DNA of 63,651 nt, filler included, from Psammoneis japonica (GCA_008632985.1; 4 parts of 4 records of this genome joined end to end with filler, not necessarily neighbours in it), one strand, 5' to 3'; positions 38,790-52,153 are shown, counted from the whole stretch's first letter. Notes: generated by a model from the letters alone, not told the origin. Translations and numbers: made by a program.

Positions 38790-39142
38790 TGACATCAAGT
38801 GTTTTTTGGATTGTGTCGTATGTTGTGCACATAGATGGCTGTGTGTGACATTCTACGAAATTGTTTCACACTCCCCATTTTACAAAGCCAAAGGCTTTCT
38901 ATTTTCAACATTCATGAGAATGAAAATACAATGGGCATGTTCTGCAATGTCTGTGGAATGTACCCAGGCAAACTGTTGATGATGCACTTCAAGTGTGAAG
39001 GAGGAGATGTGTTTGTAAAATTGCCTCTTTCTGTTGGTGATCATTTCTATTTTCATTGCTTGACAAATTTACTGTGAAGCTCGCACGTAGATTTCTATGG
39101 GCCCAATGTCACGTGGAGTCCCACCTGGGACTGGAACCCATC
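38790..39142 (-). mobile_element. MITE family A (subfamily 2) copy, one end eroded
   Basis: Ends GTCCCACCTGGGACTGGAACCCATC; internal sequence matches 61281-61677. Confidence 0.75.
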
Positions 39143-40998
39143 ACCCCATGGCACCCGTTGTTTTTTGCACATCCAACCCGCTCTATGGTCATTCTCCATC
39201 CTCTCGGTTTTGCAACATTTGCATTTGAACCCAACAAGCTCCCACCTGTGAAAGACATTTGCAACTGTAAGAGAACTGTGTGCCATTCTTGTTCTTAATG
39301 GAAATGACATTGCAAGTCACACGTGTGGCACACACTTGCCTCTTCGATGTCTTTGTCTTCCTCCACCTGCTTGGTTTCCTGTTCTGCACATCTTAAAGCA
39401 AGAAACCTTGCAGCATCAGTCTTGATTGTTTTGCTCATCTCTGGCATCCTGTCCATTCATTGTCTGTTTCATTCTGGCTGTGATGGTTCGGGGGTTCCTG
39501 TTGTTGGTGCCGTTCATGTGGGAAGGAGGACCGAGTGTGCCCCCAGTTGCACTCCAGTTGTTCATGCTTCGTGTCCAATGTTCAGTCGAAAAGCAGATTT
39601 GTGTGTTGGTTGCAGCTCCATCTGATGTGTCCTCTGCAGCTTTCAAAGTTTTCATGGTTGCTGTTTGCAGGTGCTGGAAATGTCCATCGCCGAAGTTCTT
39701 AATTTTCAATTTAAACAATGATGACATGTTGTAAATTTGTTCAATGTGGCCATTTTGAACAATGCAGACATGCAGCCTTTTAAAAAAGTTCACTTTAAAC
39801 CAACGTTTTCCTTTGTTGCTGAAGATCCCTCTCGCAACGTCTGATTTCCTTGTGACATGGACGCCTTTTTTGTGTGGCACGTCACAAATGTAACGTCAGA
39901 TTTTAGGCACAATGCACCACTTGCAGTCTAGCAGCTGCCATCGACGGTGCCACCGTGGCCCCAACCTGCACCTGACATTGTTAGAGCAGCTTCTACTCAC
40001 TCTGTGGTAGAGTTTACGTCTTTTGCAGCTGCCGCTGCCGCAGCCCCTCCCCGTGCCTTAATGTGGGTTGACAGTGCATTGCCGCAGCCCCTGACTCTGT
40101 GATTTGTAACGTGCTCTACAGCAGAGCTCATTTTCCATGATTTTTGAATTTGCCATTTTATTGTTTTTTGCAAGCACATCCATCACTGTTGGTTGTTACA
40201 TCCTCCACAGAGTTTCAGGGTTGCCACAACCAGCAAAACACCAACAATCCATGTGCACTGGCTTTCGGGGGCAGCCGAAGCCTTTTGACAGAGATTTCAG
40301 GTCTACAACATTGAACAGCACACCCCCTTCCTTGGAGGCACCACTCTCAGTCTTGCCGGGGAGCAAACCCATGGCTCTCTGAGGCTGTTTTGATGTTCAG
40401 AGGGGGGGGGGGACAGCCACAGGCATCCCAGGCCACGTGAACAACTTTGCAGAAAGACATTGCCTGGGCACAGCTGCAGCCGGCAACCCAGGCAGTTACT
40501 CAAAATTTTTAGTGTGAATTTGAGTCAACCTGTGGCACCATTTGACTGTCATCTGTTTGCTGCACAAATTGGCATTTCTGCACAAGATCTGGCATTGTCT
40601 CTGCATGTGAAAAAAGTTTCTTCTGATGTCTAACTCATTGTGTCATCAAGGCCTTCCATTTTACACCTGACAGTTCTGAGGAAGAACACTTCTCTTGCTC
40701 ACTGACATGTCAAGTTTGCTGCTCTGAGTGATGAACTCTCTGCTTTTTTCCAGTCCCAAAAGTGGGAAACAAGTCTGTCATTGTTGAAGGCAAGTCTTTT
40801 CCTTTCAAGCAATGCTGTTGTTCCAGATGTTGTGCTGTTCTTGAGCCATTTTTTGCGTGTGACTGTCCTCTGCCATTGCACAGTGGATGCCATGCATCCA
40901 ATGACAAAAAAAGCAATGAACCTTTTCATGTGTTGTCTCATTTCAACCAGATGTCTCTGGCAGGTGTTGATGCATGGTGGCACCATGTCCAACCAACT

Positions 40999-41324
40999 GG
41001 TGGGACTTTTTTGTGACATTTGCCCCGCAGAATTCTACGTGCAAGCTCTGTGGTTTGTAATCTGGTTAATGCATGTGTTTGTCTTTGACATAAAATGAAC
41101 CCACCTGCCCTGCACCATTCTTAAGACATTTAAGAATGGCAAAGAAGAAAAAAATTAAAAGTTGTTGAATGGCCGGATGGCCCAACAATTGTGCCATAAA
41201 TGATGGAAAACATCACCAAAATCCCGTAGAAATGCACATGCGCGACATGCGATGCAATTCAAAAAACCATTGATGTCACAGTTCAGCACTGCCAGGTCCC
41301 CCCTGGCTAGACCTGGAACATGTC
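40999..41324 (+). mobile_element. MITE family A copy, left TIR partial
   Basis: GGTGGGACTTTTTTGTGACATTTGCC...CTAGACCTGGAACATGTC. Confidence 0.8.
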
Positions 41325-41329
41325 AACTG

Positions 41330-43360
41330 CGCTTGCTTCTGTGGGATCCCCAGGTTGCACTGGAAGTGTTGGTTGGCTGGTGCCTGTGTTGCTTGGCACA
41401 GGTGCAACTGCACTTTAAACCAGGTTTGGTCTTTTTGTGGGATCCTGCAGAAATTGTGGGAAGAACAAGCCACACCAAATTCACCAAAGCAGCCAAAATG
41501 CTTTATGATCATTGGGATCTTTGGCAGCCTTGTGCTCTTCTGTTTTGCTTTTTGTGGGCTGCCACTCAGTTCACCACTTGACTGTGCCACAATGTGGTGC
41601 AGTGCAAAAATGCAAGATTGCTGCCAACTTTTGCTTCAGCCACATTGAGGCAAATGGAGGGCTCTTTAAGTTGAAACTCCTTTTGATTGATTTGATTTGT
41701 GGCAGCCTTGGGTTGTCATGCTGAGCTTCTGTGGTCTGGTGTTGAGCATTCTGTCAACTGCACCAACTTGTGGCTTCCTCCAAAAATCAGGCAAAACTTT
41801 GCCAAGCTTGCCAAATGAGTTGTTTTGAGGCAAAAGAAGGCACCTCCAAGTCAAAATTCTTTTGATTGTTGGGATCTTTGACAGACTGGGTTCTTGTGTT
41901 GACCTTTTGTGAGTTGCTGTGGAGTGCCCCAGTTGACTGTGCCACATTGTGGGTTGTGATGCAGTGCAAAAATGCAAAATCTCACTTCTGGTTTTTGCCA
42001 CAGCAGCATTGTCATGAGGCAAATGAAGGACCCAAAAAAGTCACAACACCTTGTGATGATTTTGATTTGGGGCAGCCTTGGGTCATTGTGTTGAGCTGCT
42101 GTGAGCCAGTGTTCTTCAGTGTTTTGTCAACTGCGCCAACTTGCACTTTCCTGCAAGATCACTTAAATCCCTGCCAAATCCCAGAAAGTTCACCAAAGGA
42201 GTTTTTCAGGCAACATGAGGCCTCCAAGTCAAAATGCCCATCAGCTGTTGGAATCTCTGGCTGCCTTGGATTTATGTGTTGGCTTTCTGCAGGCTGCCAT
42301 TGAGTGCGCCGCTTGGTTGTGCTCCACATCTTGTGGCACAGTGCAAAAACAAGGGGTGTGCAGTTGTTGAGACAAATTGAGAGCTCCAAGTAAAAACACC
42401 TTTTGATCATTTTGATTTGCAGCAGCTTGCAGCTTGCCATAGAAATCACTTGAAATCTTGCAAAATCTCACCACCAAACTTGCACCAAAGGAGTGGCTGG
42501 GGCAACACAATGCCTCCTTGTTCCAAATCAAAATGTCTTTTGATTGTTGGGATTTTTGTGTTTGTCTTGGATTCTCATGTCACTCAACCTCCTGTGGGCT
42601 GCCACTGAGTGTTCCACTTTCCAAGTGCTCCAGTTGACTTTGCCCCATTGGGGCACAGTGCAAAAGCCCAGGATCATTTTGCCAACTTTTGCCACATTTG
42701 TCAAGGCAAATAGAGGGCTCCAAGTCAAAAACAACTTTTGCTGGTTTTGATTTGTGGCAGCCTTGGGCATTTGTGTTGAGTTTCTGTGGCATGGTGTTAA
42801 GTGCTCCATTGGTTGCACCAGCTTTTGTTTTTCTGCAGAAATCCTGTGATCAATCCCCACCCACCAAATTTGCCAAAGGAGCTGTTGGGGCAAAACAAGG
42901 CATCAAAGTCAAAATGCCTGGGCAGCCTTGGGTTCTTGCATTAACTTTCTGCAGGCCATGGTTGAGTGTGCTGCTTGACTGTGCTGCAATGTTGCACAGT
43001 GTGAAAAAAGCAGAGTCTCGCCACAGATTTCTGATGCAGTCATGGATGCAAATGCAGAGAACTCCAAGTCAAAATGCCTTTTGATGATTTTGGTTGGTGG
43101 TGGCCATGGGTTGTTCTGTTAAGCTTCAGCAGGCTGGTGTCAAGTGTTCTGTTGATTGCGCTCTAGCTTTTTCTTCCTTCCTGCAAAAATCCTGCAGAAA
43201 AATTCTGCTAAATCCCACCTCTGTCCCGACAATTCACCAAAGGAGTTCCAAGGCAAAACAAGGACTCCAAGTCAAAATGCTATTTGAATGTTGGGGTCTT
43301 GGGCAGCATTGGGTTTTTGCTCATCACCAAGTTTGTTGCTGTGGTCATTTTTTCTAAAGC
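41330..43360. repeat. Old degenerate tandem repeat, period ~165-190 bp
   Basis: Recurring TCCAAGTCAAAAT (~41846, 42222, 42522, 42719, 43063, 43267) and GGCAGCCTTG (~41523, 41701, 42071, 42756, 42922). Confidence 0.65.
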
Positions 43361-43399
43361 AAACCCAGGAAGGCAGCTGATTTCAAATTGACTGTCCCA

Positions 43400-44240
43400 G
43401 CTTCATGTCAAGCAAGAATCTCTCAACTGCAACAGGGTCAGCAACAAACCCCACAGAACCATTGATCTGGCAATCCTTTGACAGTCAGTGACAACAGCTC
43501 AAGCTGGCACCAATGCTCCATTGCTTCAGATGATGCCTGTGCACAACAAAGTTCACTCAACTTGTGGAGTCAACAATGGCAGGTTGAAAATGGGGGACAA
43601 CTGCTCTGTGCATCACACAGTGCCACAATTCCAAGGCTCTGGATGTGACAGAGAGGTCTCCTCCCCAACATCAACTTGCTTCTGCAATTACCTCCAAGTT
43701 CAACAGTCAACTGGAGGAAGCTTCAAGTGGTCCTGTTGATGATTTGGGTGAGGACCATTTTGTTGAGATTGTGAAAAATCTGGTGGAAGCTCATGGCTGA
43801 GAGATGCCCCATCAGTTTAAGCAGAAATCAGGCAAGGTGGTGTGCATTTGCAATCCTCTCCAAGAGTTTTCTGTTGCCAACCAGCTGCTTTGCAAAGTGT
43901 TGCTATGACCAACACTTGCCGATGTGTCTGACAATCTTGGTGCCACCATGCCAAAGCCTGCAAGTTCTTAATCTGAGCCATTCCAAGCTGCACACACCCA
44001 TTCTGGTTCACATGCTGTCCAGCTCTGCTGGCCATTTCCAAAACATTGTTGTCCCTTTCCACAACTGCAACACTCTCAAAGGCAGCAAGGCCCTCATGAA
44101 ACACCAATCGGGCCTTTGCAATGTTGTCAGCACTGCCACAAGCTTGCAGAACCATGTTTGCATCTGGTGCCATGGTCAAGGCTGCCAACACCACCACTCC
44201 TGCTGCTGCCATGTTTCCACATGAATTCAAGCAAAGCAAA
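43400..44240 (-). mobile_element. Relic of another Copia gag N-terminus
   Basis: VQLGMAQIKNLQALAWW resembles diatom Copia gag N-terminal motifs (from memory). Confidence 0.45.
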
Positions 44241-44699
44241 GAACCAACGTCCTCCCTTCATGTTGTCACATTCTTTCCAGGCACAGGAGACCTGTCACCA
44301 TCAGCCAACTGACACAAGGGGGGGGGCCAATCCCAGCACCATTTCATCCACCAAGTTGTTGAGCACTCTCACTTGGGCATGTGCTCATGCTGTGACTGTT
44401 TCACACCTGTTGCAACAGGGATGCTTTGTCAAGTGCAAGTGTGCACTGTTCAGGCTGTCTCATGCCATGTTTGATGATGCCACAAAATGTCAAGAGATTT
44501 TCATGTGACACACATGCATGCAACCTGGTGCTGTTTCTGCAGCCAGCAGCCTGCATGGGTCAGCACAAGCAGTGATCAAATGTCAAATTGCTGCACAACA
44601 ATGCAAATCACATCATTCCCATTCATGCCATCTTGACAGCTCTGACAAAGCAATTGAGTGGTGATGCAGTTGGCAAGACATTGCACCAGCACTGATGAC

Positions 44700-44797
44700 A
44701 GAACATGTAGAAATGTGCGTGCAGAACACACGACAGATGACAAAAATAATTGTCACAGTGCAGTGGTGCGAGGTCCCACCTAGAGCTGGAACGCGTC
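44700..44797 (+). mobile_element. MITE family A right end abutting a truncated Copia gag
   Basis: GTCACAGTGCAGTGGTGCGAGGTCCCACCTAGAGCTGGAACGCGTC. Confidence 0.7.
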
Positions 44798-44799
44798 TA

Positions 44800-47700
44800 A
44801 CAATGGCACCAATCAAATGCCCTTGCCACGTGGTTACAAAGCACAGATGGCTGCGCTGATTAGCCTGTACATGGCAAAAGTGTGCGGCAGCGCTGATGTC
44901 AGCAACAACCCTCAATTGTTCACACACGAGGAGTTCACCGACTGTTGTCTTAGTCCTGAGTGTGTAGCATCCCTCTCCATGGGCACAGCACCATCTGCTC
45001 CCACTCCTGGCTCGTTGCCACCCAAACCACGTGACCCCGTGTGTGACTTTAAATGAGGCATCAAATGTGAACCACTTGCCTTCGCACTTCTTAAGTCCGA
45101 CAAACAGTCGCACATGTGGCACACCTCCATCGTCGCACAGGCCCGCTCCCAGGACGTCAACGGCATTCTTGATCCGAAGTACAAGCCCTCCACAGCTGAG
45201 GACAAGGCCCTGTTCGACGAACAACAGAAGTGCATGTTCGCTGTGTTCGAACGCATCTTGCAGAATGACAAAGGCAAGGCACTTGTTCGTGAACATGTCG
45301 GCTCCTCTGATGCTCAAGCAGTGTGTCGTGACCTCTCCAAGTGTGCCCTTGCTTTTGCTCATGCATCCCTGGAGTCCTCAACCCTTCTCACGTACCTCAC
45401 CACTGCTCGCCTTGGTGATGGCACCTGGAAAGGATCCACTCATGCCTTCATGCTTCACTGGCAGGACCAGCTTTGTAAGCACGAAGCTCTTGTCCCAGGT
45501 GCGGACCATTTCTCTGCTGGCCAGAAACATGTCATGCTTGAGAACGCTGTTCACCCCATCAAAGAACTTTGTTCAGCAAAGAATCAGGCCGATCAGTTCC
45601 GCACGCAGAATGGCAAGGGCCTTTCTTATGAGCAGTGCTGTGGACTCGTGCTTTCCGCAGCGGCACAGCACGACAACACGTTCGCCCCCAAGACGGCTCC
45701 TCGTGCTCTGCGCCATGCCATCTACGATCATGACCTGGTCCCTGACGACCCTGATGATGATGTGTTCTTTGACATTGACAGTGATGTTGACATCATCCAA
45801 GCTTATGCTGCGCAAACTCACGGGCACTCCCTCACCAGGGAACAATGGCGTGGCATTCCGCCGGACCATCAGTGCATTTGGGACACCTTGCCCCAGTCCA
45901 CCAAGGCCATCATTCTTGGCTCGCACACCGCTCACACCGGCAACTGCCATGACTTGACGGTGGTCAACCTGCACGACCTCCACATTGGCAGCGATGGTGA
46001 TGTCAACTTGTCCGCCCACACTCACGATCTTGCATCAGCCTCCGCACAATCCATTGCTGCCGCCGATGCAGCCGATGCTAACCCCATTCTGGCTCATCTC
46101 ACCAGGCGCAAGCCTTTGCCACCGGGCGACTTACAATGTCTCCTGGCACCTGAGCGGCCCCCTCCTGCCTGTTCTGGAGAGAAACCCCCCGGATCTACAC
46201 CTTCCGTCTTCTCTGACGCAAAGCCCAACGATGCTGACATCAAGATCAATGGTCATAAATGCCATCGTGTCAACAACCACAATGTTGTCTGCTCTGCCTC
46301 GACCCACAAATTGACTCGCAAAGGTGCCCTCGTGGATCGTGGTGCAAACGGTGGTGTCGCCCGTGATGATGTTCATGTCATTGCTCGCACTGGTCACCAG
46401 GTTGACGTCCAAGGTGTTGACGATCACCAACTGGTCAACATTCCCATTGTCACTGCCAGTGGTGTCATCCACACACAACGCGGCCCCGTCATTGCCATTC
46501 TTCACCAGTGCGCCTACACTGGAAAGGGCAAGACCATGCATTCTTGCAGTCAACTGGAGTGGTGCAAACACGACATCAACAATCGGTCCATCAAGGTCCC
46601 CAATGGTCTGCAGCGCATCACCACCATTGATGGATGCGTCATCCCCATTGACATCAAAGGCAGCCTTCCGTACATCGCCATGCGCCCATGCACTGATGCC
46701 GAATGGGACACCTTCCCACACATTGTCCTCACTGGTGATGACACTTGGGACCCATCTGTCCTCGACCACCAGTTCACTGACAATGAGACATGGTGTGATG
46801 CCGTGTCTGACCTCCAGGCTGACCCAACTGCCAACCTCTTTGACGAGTTCGGCAATTATCGCCACCGTCATGTCATCAACAATGCCATGCTTGTGGACTC
46901 GATGACCACCTGCTCCCGACATCCGATTTCTTCTACGAATGCCATGAGCATGAGATCAATCCAAAGGATCCTGACTTTGAGTCTCTGCGCCCTCATTTTG
47001 GCTTTCTTCCAAAGGACACTGTCCGCCGCACTTTTAATTGCACACAATGCGCTCTCATGCCCACCCGGCTCTCAACATCCACCGACGCAATGAACCCATT
47101 GCCACCAACATGGTGCACTCTGACACCCCCGCTGTTGACTCCGGCTGCACCAGCACCCAGCTCTTCGTTGGCATCAAATCCCTTGTCATGGACATGCACG
47201 GCACCAAGACCGACAAGGAATTCTCGTCAACACGCTTGAGGACAACATTCGCAATCGCGGTGCCCCGTCCAAGCTCATCAGCGACGGTGCTCAAGTTGAG
47301 ATCAGCAACAAAGTTCTTGGCATCCTTTGTGCCCTCTTCATCTCTAGTTGGCAAAGCAAACCTCACCAACAGCATCAGAATTTTGCTGAACATCGCCATC
47401 AAACTGTGAAGACCATGGCCAACCATCATGGATCGCTTTGGGTCTCCAGCTTGCACCTGGCTGCTCGCCCTGATGTACGTGTGCTTTGTGCTCAACCACA
47501 CGGCATCTGCCAAGCTCCACTGGCACACCCCCACCGAAGTGCTGTCCGGCTCTACTCCCAACATCAGCCAGCTCCTCCATTTCCAATGGTGGGAACCAGT
47601 GTGCTTTCACCTGGATGATTCCGACTGGCCATCCAAATCCCGTGAACTAGGCAGTTGCTTTGTTGGCATTGCCGAACACGTGGGCCACCAAATGACATTC

Positions 47701-50294
47701 AAGATTCTTTCTGATGACACTCAGAAGATTCTCTGTTGTTCCAACTTGCGTTCCGCCCGTGATCCATCTGCACCAAACCTGCGTCTTGATCCTCCTGATA
47801 AAAAATCTGCTGAACCCACAATTAAATCCCGCCATGACTCCGTGGATTTGCCGGATTCACCAGATGGGGAGGTGATCAGGATGCCCAAAATGCTGGTCTT
47901 TGACCCAGAAGACATCATCGGACGCACCTTCCTCTTGAAGCCACAAGAGGATGGACAATGCCACAGAGCCTGCATCTTCAAAGCCGTTGAGGACCACGAC
48001 TGGAAAATCGGAGACAATCCTGAACCAGTCAAGTTCATTTGCTCCATCAACAATGACGAATACGAGGAAGTCCTAGCCTGCAATGACATCATGCACCACA
48101 TCGAGCAAAAAGATGAGGACACTACCCTCTGGAAGTTCCGATGCATCGTGTCACATGAAGGACCATTGCAACCCCATGATCCCTCTTGGAAAGGCTCAAG
48201 CTACAACATCATGCTTGAATGGGAGAATGGGGAGGTCACATCCGAACCCCTTGCCATCATTGCCAAGGATGATCCCGTCACCTGCACCATCTGCGCACGT
48301 GAGCATGGCCTCCTTGAAACCGAAGGATGGAGGCGTTTCGCAAGATAGCCCTGTGTCAGAAGAAGCTCTTCTGCATGGCCAACCAAGCCAAGTTACGCTC
48401 CTTTCGCACTGCGCCACGATGCAAGTGCGGATGTGAAGTGCCACGGGACTACAAGCATGCCTTGACTCTCGATGAGTGCAATGGCAACCGCAAGTGGGGA
48501 GATGCAACGGACCTCGAGATGACTCAGCTTGATGAGTACAAGGTCTTCCATGACTGCGGACATTACAAGGATTCCAGCGCCCCATTGGGACACAAGAAGA
48601 TCCGGGTGCATCTTGTCTGCAACGTCAAACACAACGGATGGCACAAAGCAAGGCTTGTTGCCAATGGACACCTCACGGACGTGCCTGTTGACAGTGTCTA
48701 CTCCGGAGTAGTGTCTCTTCGTGGCCTGCAAATGATGATCTTCCTAGCCAAACTCAACAAACTAGAGACTTGGGCCGCCGACATTGGGAACACCTATCTC
48801 GAAGCTACGACTAAGGAGAAACTACTGTACATCGTAGCAGGCCCCGAATTTGGCAAGCTAGAAGGACACATCCTTGTCATCCACAAGGCCTTGTGCGGAC
48901 TCTGCAGCTCTGGCCTCAGATGGCATGAACGCTTTGCTGATTGCCTGCGTGCTGAAGGCTTCTTCCCATGCAAAGCCCAACCCGACATTGGGCTGCGCAG
49001 GAATGGTGACCACTGCGAATGCGTGGCAGTGTATGTGGACGACCTGGCCTTTGCCATGAAGGACCCCCAGGCTTTCACAGACACCCTCATGGAGAAATGC
49101 AAGTTCAAGCTCAAAGGCACTGGACCATTGGAGTTCCATCTTGGTTGCGATTTCACATGTGATCCAGATGGCACCCTGTGCCTTGCTCCCCGCAAGTACA
49201 TTGAGCGCATGGTTGACAACTACGCACACCTCTTTGGGGAGAAGCCATGCACTGATGTGCTTTCACCCCTTGACAAGGGCGACCACCCTGAGCTTGACAC
49301 TTCCTAATTGCTCGAACCTGATGGCATCCACCAATTTCAATCCTTAATTGGTTCCCTTCAATGGGCCACATCCCTTGGTCGCATTGACATTACTACGGCT
49401 GTCATGTCTCTGTCTAGCTTCCGTGCAGTGCCCCGCCAGGGCCACCTAGACCGTGCCAAAGGTGTCTGCGGGTTCCTTTCCAAGATGCGTCATGGTGCCC
49501 TCCGAGTGTGCACCGAGGAGCCCGACCATTCAGACCTTCCTAAGCCCGTGTATGACTGAGCCCATTCTGTGTACGGGGAGGTAGAAGAGCTGCTCCCGCA
49601 AGATGCGCCTGAGCCACTTGGCAAGTTCGTCACCACAACGCACTACGTTGATGCGAACTTGTTCCATTGCATGCTCACTGGACACTCTGTCACCGGCATT
49701 CTCCATTTTCTAAACAAGTTTCCGGCTGATTGGTTTTCTAAGAAACAAGCCACAGTCGAGACTGCAAAGTATGGATCCGAGTTTGTCACCGCAAGGACGT
49801 GCGTTGAGCAGATCATTGAGCTGCGCATCACTTTGCATTACCTTGGCATCCCCATCCGTGAAACATGTTACATGTTCGGGGACAACAAGTCGGTTGTGGA
49901 CAGTGCCACCATCCCACACTCCAAGTTACACAAGCGACACACCGCCCTCTCATTCCATCGTGTACGTGAGGCGATCGCCTCCAGTTTTCTTGAGTTTCAT
50001 TTCATCGAAGGGTCCCGCAATCCGGCTGACATCCTCAGCAAGCATTGGGGTTGCTCCCAAGTCTGGAACCTCCTTCGTCCTCTAATGTTTTGGAACTTTG
50101 ATCCCGAGGCTTTCAACCAATCTGACTTTGAATCTATCGCTGTTGACCCCTCAAGCAAACTGGGGAGTGACAGGATTTGAACAAGATTTTAGTTTATCAC
50201 ACACAATTATGTGTGCTCTTAGTTCTGCGCGCATCGCGCGATGTAGTTTGCTTTCGAGCCACACGGCTCACAAGAACAACAACAGTAGTGCCAA
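44800..50294 (+). mobile_element. Ty1/Copia element (gag-PR-IN-RT-RH, PPT, start of 3' LTR at 50168), disrupted, partly TpA-mutated
   Basis: LVDRGANGG protease; KARLVANG, ADIGNTYL, ALCGL, YVDD RT; YVDAN, YGSEF, MFGDN, NPADILSK RNase H; GGGGAG then TGACAGG. Confidence 0.93.
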
Positions 50295-50394
50295 NNNNNN
50301 NNNNNNNNNNNNNNNNNNNNNNNNNNNNNNNNNNNNNNTTAATTAATTAANNNNNNNNNNNNNNNNNNNNNNNNNNNNNNNNNNNNNNNNNNNN
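50295..50394. other. Artificial contig spacer
   Basis: N44-TTAATTAATTAA-N44. Confidence 0.98.
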
Positions 50395-51399
50395 TTTGTG
50401 TGTTGGCTCTTGCACACAATCATGCACGCACAAATGGTTTCTCTGTGACAAGCACAGTGGCAGAGAGTTTTGATTTTTTGGCTTGCAACAATTTGATTGA
50501 GCAGATCTCTGCTGAGATTTTTTCATGTTGTTGCTCTCATGCAGCTCTTCGGCCATTGTCCATTTGCTTTGCCCCCCACCCTCAGATGAGAGAAAAGCTT
50601 TCTGCTGGCCTGGCACCAGCTTTGACAGCATCAAGAGCTGTGCCCTGCAAAAGATGGTGTGAGCGCTTGACTGCGCTGTGAACAAAAGAGTGGTGACATG
50701 CTGCGCTGGCACTTGCAGCCCCTTGAAGCACAAAAAGCTGCTGGCCTGGTGATGGCAAGCCAGCTTGGACAGTGTCAAGAGCTGCTGCAACACTTGACTG
50801 CAAGTTGTGAACAGAAGAATGATGCTGCACTGGTGCTGCCAATCCCACCAGCCAACTGCCACCTGTCACAATGCATGCCTTGGGTTTTGCAGCTCTCGCC
50901 CGACTTTGTCGGTGGGATGACCAGTGGTCTTTAAATGTTCCAGAACATTTGTGGGAGGAAATGTTCAAACAAATCTGAACATTTTTCTGATGACAAGTCA
51001 TTGAAGATGCTTTGGCTGCAGCACAGATGACCACCATTCACATGCGCCGAAGTGTTTTGTTGCCGGATCGAGATTGCCGCGATGATGAGATCAACAGCCG
51101 GCACTTGTGACACGAACACTCCAACCTTTTGCATCTGCAAAGGATGTTTAACATGCAGAGAAACAAACGCAACATGACCCCTTGCACTTCGTTTGCAAAT
51201 GTCAAGAAGAGAGGCAGAGAGATTTTTTGGTTGTCAGAGAAAGAGACGAAAGAGAGATTGGAACATGATGGATTTGCTCGCAATTGACTGTGGACTGCAA
51301 CAGACATTGAACAAAAAAACCACAACAAAACAAGTGCAGGAAAGCATCACAGTGAAAGAAATGAGCAACACCAATGGCCCAAACAGTCGTTCAGGTGAG

Positions 51400-51761
51400 C
51401 AGTGTTTCCCGAATGTGCATTTTGGTTGGACCAAAGTTGTTGACAAATGTGATGCTCGAGACCAAAATGATTTTGTTTCCCGAAAACGTCATTTTGGTCA
51501 GGGGAATTTGGCGTGCTTTCGGCGGGAATCTTCCGGTGGAAAGCGCGCATGTCGACACACCGTGCAAATTTCGTAGGAGCTGCGTCAGCATTGTTTGTGT
51601 GGAAATGTGCATGAAAATGAATTTGGTCGAGATTTCGCAAATGTCAGTTTGGTCGACCAAATTGATTTGGTCGGTCTGGCAATTTGTTGGTCGACAAAAG
51701 TGTTTTGGTTCGACCAAAATGCCAATTTGGTCTGACCAAAATGCACATTCGGGAAACACCA
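51400..51761. mobile_element. MITE family C, ~35-bp TIRs, hAT-like termini, internal GACCAAA motifs
   Basis: CAGTGTTTCCCGAATGTGCATTTTGGTTGGACCAAA ... TTTGGTCTGACCAAAATGCACATTCGGGAAACACCA; no TSD recognised. Confidence 0.75.
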
Positions 51762-52153
51762 GTCTGCCCACACTCGACACTGAAAAGACAAAGTGCGTGC
51801 AGTCTCACCCTCAAAATTGTCACCTTTTCCTTGCTCCTTCTTCTTTTTGAAGCCTCTTGCTGCACGCCAAACAAGTGTCATTCGTTGCATCACGCTCACA
51901 ACAGCAAAATGCGAGAGCTTTCATCATCATGTTCTTCAAGTGACACTGGATGCCACAGCTCAAGCAGGCACCACCAGAGCTCTCCCCCCAGTGTTTTGCC
52001 AAGCAGCTCTTCTTGCAAAGCAATGTCTGTTCAGGAGTCCACTGGCAAACTGAAGCAAGAATTCTTGCAGCTAAGTCCTTTGCCACAAAAAGGCAAAATG
52101 AGTCAAGAACCAACTTGATTCTCTTTGCCAATGAGGATGATGCGCCACTTTCC

